Source: Desulfobacterales bacterium
GTDB lineage: Bacteria; Desulfobacterota; Desulfobacteria; Desulfobacterales; UBA5616
NCBI GenBank assembly: GCA_046483495.1
Contig: JAWODC010000005.1
Location: forward strand, 1-12,242
Direction of reading: 5' to 3'
DNA: 12,242 bases
The position numbers were made by a program, and so were the translations under genes. Shown one piece after another: positions 7,408-12,242 of this stretch. Position 1 is the first letter of the stretch; each line of letters starts with the position of its first letter. The notes beneath the pieces are model-generated. The model had not been told where the DNA came from, searched no databases, and saw nothing but the letters and a program-made list of their open reading frames with translations.

Positions 7408-7420
7408 GTAATCAGATTAC
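7408..7420. promoter_or_regulatory. Palindromic candidate operator upstream of the methyltransferase operon
   Basis: Perfect dyad GTAATC-A-GATTAC about 100 bp upstream of ATG 7307. Confidence 0.4.
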
Positions 7421-7720
7421 CACAAAAATCGGAGCGGAGAAAGGATTCCTTAACATTTTCCCCAAGCGTATTCATTGTATTCACCTTCACGAAAGCTTTT
7501 ACATACATTAGATCGCATCCTTGTCCCCGGCCAAAATGGTTGATGTCGGAGGGGCAACATGCTTTGTACTTGATATTTACTTTTAGAAGCTTTAACGTTT
7601 GAATTCGGAAGTGGAGGAACGAAAAGCATGGAACAGTTCAATTTTTTGCCGCACCCTGGAGGTAATTCCCATCTTTTTTTGTAAAGATAGGTGCAGTTGC
7701 AATAAGCCGTTAAAGTCTTT

Positions 7721-7750
7721 TGAATGTTTCGATGAATTTAGATTCATTCA
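7721..7750. promoter_or_regulatory. Palindromic candidate operator upstream of the Fe-S protein gene
   Basis: ATGAAT-TTAG-ATTCAT (7732-7747), overlapping a wider TGAATG-N18-CATTCA dyad, about 40 bp before ATG 7790. Confidence 0.4.
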
Positions 7751-7789
7751 TGATTCCACCACCAAAAAGAAATAGAAAGGAAACGTGCT

Positions 7790-8881
7790 ATGTCGGATGA
7801 AAAGGTTTACAACGATCTCGGGGATGCACTAAGCAAGGCCGGCGGAGCAATTCCGGTTATTCCGAATAAGGAATTTTTTTTGCTTTTAAAAGATTTGGTA
7901 ACCCCGGAAGAAGCGGAAATTGCCGTCTCTCTTTCAACCAAGCCAATTACGGCAGAAGCTTTGGCAAAAAACACAGGGAAACCCGTTGAGGATGTTCGGT
8001 CAAAACTGGAATCGATGACGGACAGCGGTTTCCTCCATGCCAAGAAAGACGAAAAAGGCCGCTATAAATACAACCTAATGCCCCTTCTGCCGGGAGTATT
8101 CGAGGCTCAATTCATCCGAGGGACAAAAACCGAGCGTGATTATCGTATTGCTCATCGGTTTAAGGACTATCTCGAAGTGATGCGCAAATTACGAGATTCT
8201 CTCCCTAAGGAAGATCGAAAACCTTCAACATCCTATTTCAGGGTACTGCCTGTCAAGGAGGAGATCGATACCAATAAAACCGTTCTTCCCTATGCGCAGC
8301 TTTCCAAATTTGTGGAGCAAACGGAGGCAATCGCAGTAGGAACGTGTTTTTGCCGTCACCATGCAATTTTGCTGGATGAAAAAAACGATTGTGGGGTTGA
8401 CCATAAAAACTGCATGGCTTTTGGTGATGGGGCGATTTTCTTGTCGGAAAGGCATAATGGCCGTTTGGTAAGCAGAAAAGAAGCTCTTGAAATCATTAAA
8501 AAAGCCGAAGAGGATGGGCTTGTCCATTGCACTGCAAACACCGCGGATGAAATCGGATTCATATGTAACTGCTGTTCTTGCCACTGCGGGATATTACGAA
8601 TGGCCAAAGCAGCTCCGAAGGCATCTCTCATGCTGACTTCGGGTTATATTGCGCAATTCGATACGGACCTCTGCACCGCTTGTGAGACCTGTAAGGAACG
8701 GTGTCCGGTTTCTGCCGTTTCAGTTGATGACATTGCATCTGTGGATGATATGCAGTGTATCGGGTGCGGCCTTTGCGTCAGCACTTGTCCAACAGAAGCT
8801 ATAAAACTTGTGTCCAGAACAGATATGCCTGCTCCACCGAAAAATTTTGGTGAGCTGGAAGCTGCCATGAAAAGCAACTAA
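7790..8881 (+). CDS. Cys-rich iron-sulfur protein with C-terminal 2x[4Fe-4S] ferredoxin domain and N-terminal winged-helix-like region
   Basis: RBS GAAAGG. Ferredoxin motifs CTACETCKERCP and CIGCGLCVSTCP, plus additional CFCRH and ICNCCSCHC motifs. N-terminal TPEEAEIA...TAEALAKNTGKPVEDVRSKLESM...GFL resembles a winged HTH. Confidence 0.9.
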   Translation: MSDEKVYNDLGDALSKAGGAIPVIPNKEFFLLLKDLVTPEEAEIAVSLSTKPITAEALAKNTGKPVEDVRSKLESMTDSGFLHAKKDEKGRYKYNLMPLLPGVFEAQFIRGTKTERDYRIAHRFKDYLEVMRKLRDSLPKEDRKPSTSYFRVLPVKEEIDTNKTVLPYAQLSKFVEQTEAIAVGTCFCRHHAILLDEKNDCGVDHKNCMAFGDGAIFLSERHNGRLVSRKEALEIIKKAEEDGLVHCTANTADEIGFICNCCSCHCGILRMAKAAPKASLMLTSGYIAQFDTDLCTACETCKERCPVSAVSVDDIASVDDMQCIGCGLCVSTCPTEAIKLVSRTDMPAPPKNFGELEAAMKSN

Positions 8882-8939
8882 AAAGGGTCCGCATACCCTG
8901 GGTCCGCCTCAGGTCCGCATCAAAGGAGATAATTTCATT

Positions 8940-8978
8940 CCGGTTTCAGGCGGTAGTGCCATCCGCTTATAGAACCGG
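8940..8978. terminator. Possible stem-loop terminator between convergent genes
   Basis: Outer stem CCGGTT...AACCGG and inner stem AGGCGG/CCGCTT lie between the stops at 8881 and 8982. There is no strong U-tract. Confidence 0.35.
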
Positions 8979-8981
8979 GCT

Positions 8982-10700
8982 CTATTCATACAGATCCACG
9001 AGTTTAAACGCCTCCACATCGACGAGCCCCTTGTCGGTCAGTTTCAATGAAGGGATTACCGGCAGGGCCAGAAACGACAGCGCCATGAACGGATCTTCCA
9101 CGATGCAGCCCATATCCCGTGCTGCCGCCCTCAATCGATCCAAATGCATTCGAATGTCGCCCATTTCCATATCCGACATCAATCCGGCGATCGGCAGGGG
9201 CAGCGCTGCGGTGACATTCCCGCTTTCCACGGCAGCGAGTCCGCCGTTCATCGAGGCTACGGACAGAACGGCGCTTGCCATGTCGTGATCGTTCGTGCCG
9301 ACGACAATGAGATTGTGGGAATCGTGCGCAACGCTCGAGGCAATGGCGCCGCGGCGGATGCCGAAGCCGCGGACAAAGCCGATCCCGGTGCCGCACCGCC
9401 CGGTATATCGCTCGACCACCGCGAGCTTTAGCATGTCCTGTGAGACATCGGAAACAACCCGGCCTGATTCGACCTTTGCGTTCAAAAGGCTTGCCTTCGT
9501 GACAATCTGTCCCGGAAGAAGATCGATCACCCTGATTCGTCCGGATCTTGCCGGTGTGGAAAAATCCAGCCGGTTTGCATCGATTGCCATGCTGTTTGGA
9601 ATGGGCTCGGCAGGGGGCTTTTCGATCTCCGGAAGTATATCGCCGTTCTCCGCCGTTAATACGCCGCCGGAAAAGACCTTTTCTACCGTTAGGTTCTTCA
9701 TGTCGGATAAGATGACAAGGTTTGCACGTCGGCCGGGCGCGATGGCGCCGATATGTCTCATCCTGAAATACTCGGCGGGATTGAGCGTCCCCATCTGAAT
9801 GGCCACAAGAGGATCGATGCCGCCTGCCACGGCCTCACGAATGATGGCGTCGATGTGGCCGGAATCGAGAAGGTCGTGAGGATGCCGATCGTCCGTGCAC
9901 CACATCAGGCGTCGGCAGTTTCTTTCATCGATCAGGGGCAGGAGGTCCTGAAGGTTTTTTGCCCCTGTTCCCTGCCGTATCATGATATGAATGCCAAAGG
10001 CCAGCTTTTCACGTGCTTCCCGGACGGTGGTGCACTCGTGGTCGCTTCCCATGCCGGCCGCCAGGTATGCCTGGAGCGGTTTCCCGGAAAGTCCGGGAGC
10101 GTGGCCGTCCAGCGCCGTGCCGGCACCCCGGGCGGCCCGTATCTTTTCGAGGACATCCGGATCTCCCATGATGACGCCGGGAAAATTCATCATTTCCCCC
10201 AAACCTGCAATACGGGGGTTCTCGAGAAGAGGTCGAATCGCCTCTGCGGAGATTCTTGCTCCGGCCGTTTCCATGGCCGTTGCCGGAACGCAGGACGGCA
10301 CGGTGAAATAAATGTCCATGGGCTGCCCCTCGGCGGATTTCAGCATGTATTCGATGCCGTGGACACCCAGAACATTTGCAATTTCATGCGGATCGGCAAA
10401 TACAGTCGTCGTTCCGGAGGCCGCCACAGTGCGTGCAAATTCATTCACGCCTGCCAGTGAGCTTTCAATATGCACGTGGGGGTCGATAAATCCCGGTGCA
10501 ACGAACTTTCCTTTCAAAGACACTGTTTTCTTGGCTGTGTAGCGGCCGATTCCGGCGATTGCGTCGCCGGCAATCGCAATGCCGCCCTCTGTTATGGTTC
10601 GGTTGAACACGTTGACGATTTTTCCATCGGAAAGGACCAGGTCGGCCGGCTCCTCACCGGAAGCGACGCGAATCAAACGTCTCATCGATTCTTTTGGCAT
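8982..10700 (-). CDS. ade: Adenine deaminase (AdeC type, amidohydrolase superfamily)
   Basis: 572 aa with motifs PGFIDPHVHIESS, DPHEIANV, GLGEMMNFPGV, DGHAPGL, DHEC, TDDRHP, SSVAHDSHN, LPIAGLMS and LALPVIPSLKLTDKGL. Confidence 0.96.
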   Translation of the reverse strand: MPKESMRRLIRVASGEEPADLVLSDGKIVNVFNRTITEGGIAIAGDAIAGIGRYTAKKTVSLKGKFVAPGFIDPHVHIESSLAGVNEFARTVAASGTTTVFADPHEIANVLGVHGIEYMLKSAEGQPMDIYFTVPSCVPATAMETAGARISAEAIRPLLENPRIAGLGEMMNFPGVIMGDPDVLEKIRAARGAGTALDGHAPGLSGKPLQAYLAAGMGSDHECTTVREAREKLAFGIHIMIRQGTGAKNLQDLLPLIDERNCRRLMWCTDDRHPHDLLDSGHIDAIIREAVAGGIDPLVAIQMGTLNPAEYFRMRHIGAIAPGRRANLVILSDMKNLTVEKVFSGGVLTAENGDILPEIEKPPAEPIPNSMAIDANRLDFSTPARSGRIRVIDLLPGQIVTKASLLNAKVESGRVVSDVSQDMLKLAVVERYTGRCGTGIGFVRGFGIRRGAIASSVAHDSHNLIVVGTNDHDMASAVLSVASMNGGLAAVESGNVTAALPLPIAGLMSDMEMGDIRMHLDRLRAAARDMGCIVEDPFMALSFLALPVIPSLKLTDKGLVDVEAFKLVDLYE

Positions 10701-11003
10701 GGGTGAAAAAGTGATACGGGTTAAGTGTCCATCCAGAAATGGCTAATTCACGCCATTTCTTCATTGTTTTGGAGAATATGAATAAATTTGATTTCAAAAT
10801 CGATACATTATCATATTCTACCGTCACAGACGGCGTAAAATGCGAAAAAAACATAGCACAAAAAACCCTTTTTAACCAGTCCATGGATCAGCTGATCGAA
10901 CGGTCTCCCTGAGCGGGTCCTCAAGAAAATCAATGCCGTCATCAGCGCATTTTCTGCACCTATGTCCCCTGATTTGCGCGTCCCCTAAATTGATTTCAAT
11001 CTA

Positions 11004-11033
11004 CTGGCATCTTTGCGCTGCAGGGGATATAAT
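11004..11033 (+). promoter_or_regulatory. Candidate sigma-70 promoter
   Basis: CTGGCA-N18-TATAAT, with a perfect -10 box at 11028-11033 about 80 nt upstream of the likely start at 11112. Confidence 0.45.
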
Positions 11034-11111
11034 GGTGAAAGAATGACGAGGCGGATTTTTGTTTTTTCAATCGATAAGGCAATCACATCGATTATTGGAG
11101 ACAGAAAACAA

Positions 11112-12080
11112 ATGAAACATATGAACGTCGGTTTTTCCATTCACCGGCCTGAAATGATACCCAAAACCGCCGAGCTTATGGGAAGGCATGAGGCTGTTTT
11201 TCTTGAAGAACCGCCGCTGCCGGAGTATGAAAGCATGCTTGAGGGCCGCATCAGCGTTGAAGATTACCTGCTGCCGCAGGACCTGGAATACCCCGAATTC
11301 AGCCGACAGATGTGCAATCTGGAGAAACAGCTCCATGCCGCCGGCAAGCAGCTGATACAGGTGGAACCCTTTTATGAGGTGCTGCTGTCTATCCATGAAT
11401 TTTTTGCCCGGGGCAATACTCCCAATGATCTAAAACCCAATCACCTTTCTTATTATGTCTATATGGCTGAACGGCAGACCACCGCGGCGCTGCTGCATTT
11501 TTATCAAACAGCAGCGGCCTCCTCTTTTAACGCGGTTGTTGAAGCCGTCATCCGATTTGCAAAAGCGGATGCACAACGTTTTCGGTTGAGGGATTCTCTG
11601 CGCGCACAAGCAATCGTTAAACGCGTCGATCAATATTCCTCCATCTATGTCGAAGCGGGAACCATTCACTATCTTCTTTGGCGGGAGCTTTACCGCATGT
11701 TATCGTCTGACTTCCATATTAAACCCGTCTTCCTGAATCGCCTGGTCATGAAGGAGGGTGAACCCCATTCGCACCTCTACAGCCCGGGTGACCGGTTGAC
11801 CCTGTTTTATATATTTCATCCCCGCGGGGTAAATCAGCAAAAGGAATTGCTGTTGGCTGCCCGGTCGATCATCTATTCAAAAATCATTCAAAAGCAGGAA
11901 AGCTTTGAAAAAAGTGATTCGTTCAGGCATGTGGCCGATGAAATTGCCTGTATCGGCATGGTCAAGAAACTTACTTTGGATGATTGCCGGAATTTGTTTG
12001 CGCGTATCAGGAAATCTCTGACAGCCGAAGCCAGAGAAGTTGTGGAAACCTATACCGATTCTGGGAAGGACGATGATTAG
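11112..12080 (+). CDS. Hypothetical cytoplasmic protein, possibly TraB/TIKI/EreA/ChaN-like metallohydrolase fold
   Basis: Long ORF whose likely start is ATG 11112 (GGAG upstream; 11121 is an alternative). Motif order VGFSIH ... AVFLEE ... LRDSLRAQAI ... YVEAGTIH. The CDS is well supported, but the fold call is tentative. Confidence 0.75.
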   Translation: MKHMNVGFSIHRPEMIPKTAELMGRHEAVFLEEPPLPEYESMLEGRISVEDYLLPQDLEYPEFSRQMCNLEKQLHAAGKQLIQVEPFYEVLLSIHEFFARGNTPNDLKPNHLSYYVYMAERQTTAALLHFYQTAAASSFNAVVEAVIRFAKADAQRFRLRDSLRAQAIVKRVDQYSSIYVEAGTIHYLLWRELYRMLSSDFHIKPVFLNRLVMKEGEPHSHLYSPGDRLTLFYIFHPRGVNQQKELLLAARSIIYSKIIQKQESFEKSDSFRHVADEIACIGMVKKLTLDDCRNLFARIRKSLTAEAREVVETYTDSGKDDD

Positions 12081-12126
12081 GTCGTGTAATCCTGAAATGC
12101 ATTTTTTTTGGGTTCCCCGTGGTTGT

Positions 12127-12156
12127 CGTAAAGGCGAAAAATTTTTCGCCCCTACG
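12127..12156. repeat. GTAG-type REP-like extragenic palindrome
   Basis: The minus strand reads CGTAGGGGCGAAAAATTTTTCGCCTTTACG, a 30-bp palindrome with two mismatches that would form G-U pairs on that strand. It carries the GTAG tetranucleotide at its start and lies 46 nt past a stop codon. Confidence 0.7.
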
Positions 12157-12242
12157 GGTGCATCGACAATAAACAGGTGGTAATGGACTCTTCTAATCCC
12201 TGCAAAAACAGTAGTATTGCAATTTTGTGTCAGTTTCGTGTC

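Noticed and set aside
7308..7789. Cobalamin riboswitch upstream of the corrinoid operon
   Set aside because: I could not find the conserved core (GGGAA...CCC...ACTG and the B12 box) in proper order on either strand. An Infernal search would be decisive.
5511..8881. hgcAB mercury methylation or a reductive dehalogenase
   Set aside because: The corrinoid protein uses DxHxxG and lacks the HgcA N(V/I)WCA(A/G)GK motif and membrane domain. The Fe-S protein is far larger than HgcB and has no Tat signal or RdhA features.
10770..10845. Purine riboswitch upstream of ade
   Set aside because: Fragments such as AATATG, TTCTACC and CGTAAA occur, but on the wrong strand for ade and with incompatible spacing.
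11004..11020. Second sigma-54 promoter at TGGCATCTTTGCGC
   Set aside because: The spacing is not GG-N10-GC.
1..12242. Remaining ORF-track entries, CRISPR arrays, tRNA/rRNA genes, transposases and recoded stop codons
   Set aside because: The other ORFs overlap well-supported genes on the opposite strand or in another frame and show no recognisable motifs. I saw no repeat-spacer array, structural RNA gene, transposase, or in-frame stop interrupting a domain.

Overview
Bacterial chromosomal window, probably from a Desulfobacterota-like anaerobe (inferred from gene content). Left to right: (1) a 5'-partial MATE transporter that breaks off near nt 311, where it meets the truncated 3' end of a minus-strand gene (probable chimeric junction or deletion); (2) two exported DUF4168-like helical proteins behind a clear sigma-54 promoter, divergent from a HAMP sensor kinase, an NtrC-type activator and an unannotated 54-aa ORF; (3) a minus-strand corrinoid methyl-transfer operon (MtaA/CmuA-like, corrinoid protein, MtaA/CmuA-like) with a 132-bp ERIC-like palindromic element inside it; (4) a divergent Cys-rich 2x[4Fe-4S] protein; (5) adenine deaminase; (6) a hypothetical protein with TraB/TIKI/EreA-like motifs, followed by a GTAG-type REP-like palindrome. 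The best candidates for undescribed systems are the zraP/zraSR-like DUF4168 module and the methyltransferase operon of unknown substrate. Family names come from motif recognition by eye, not from database searches.
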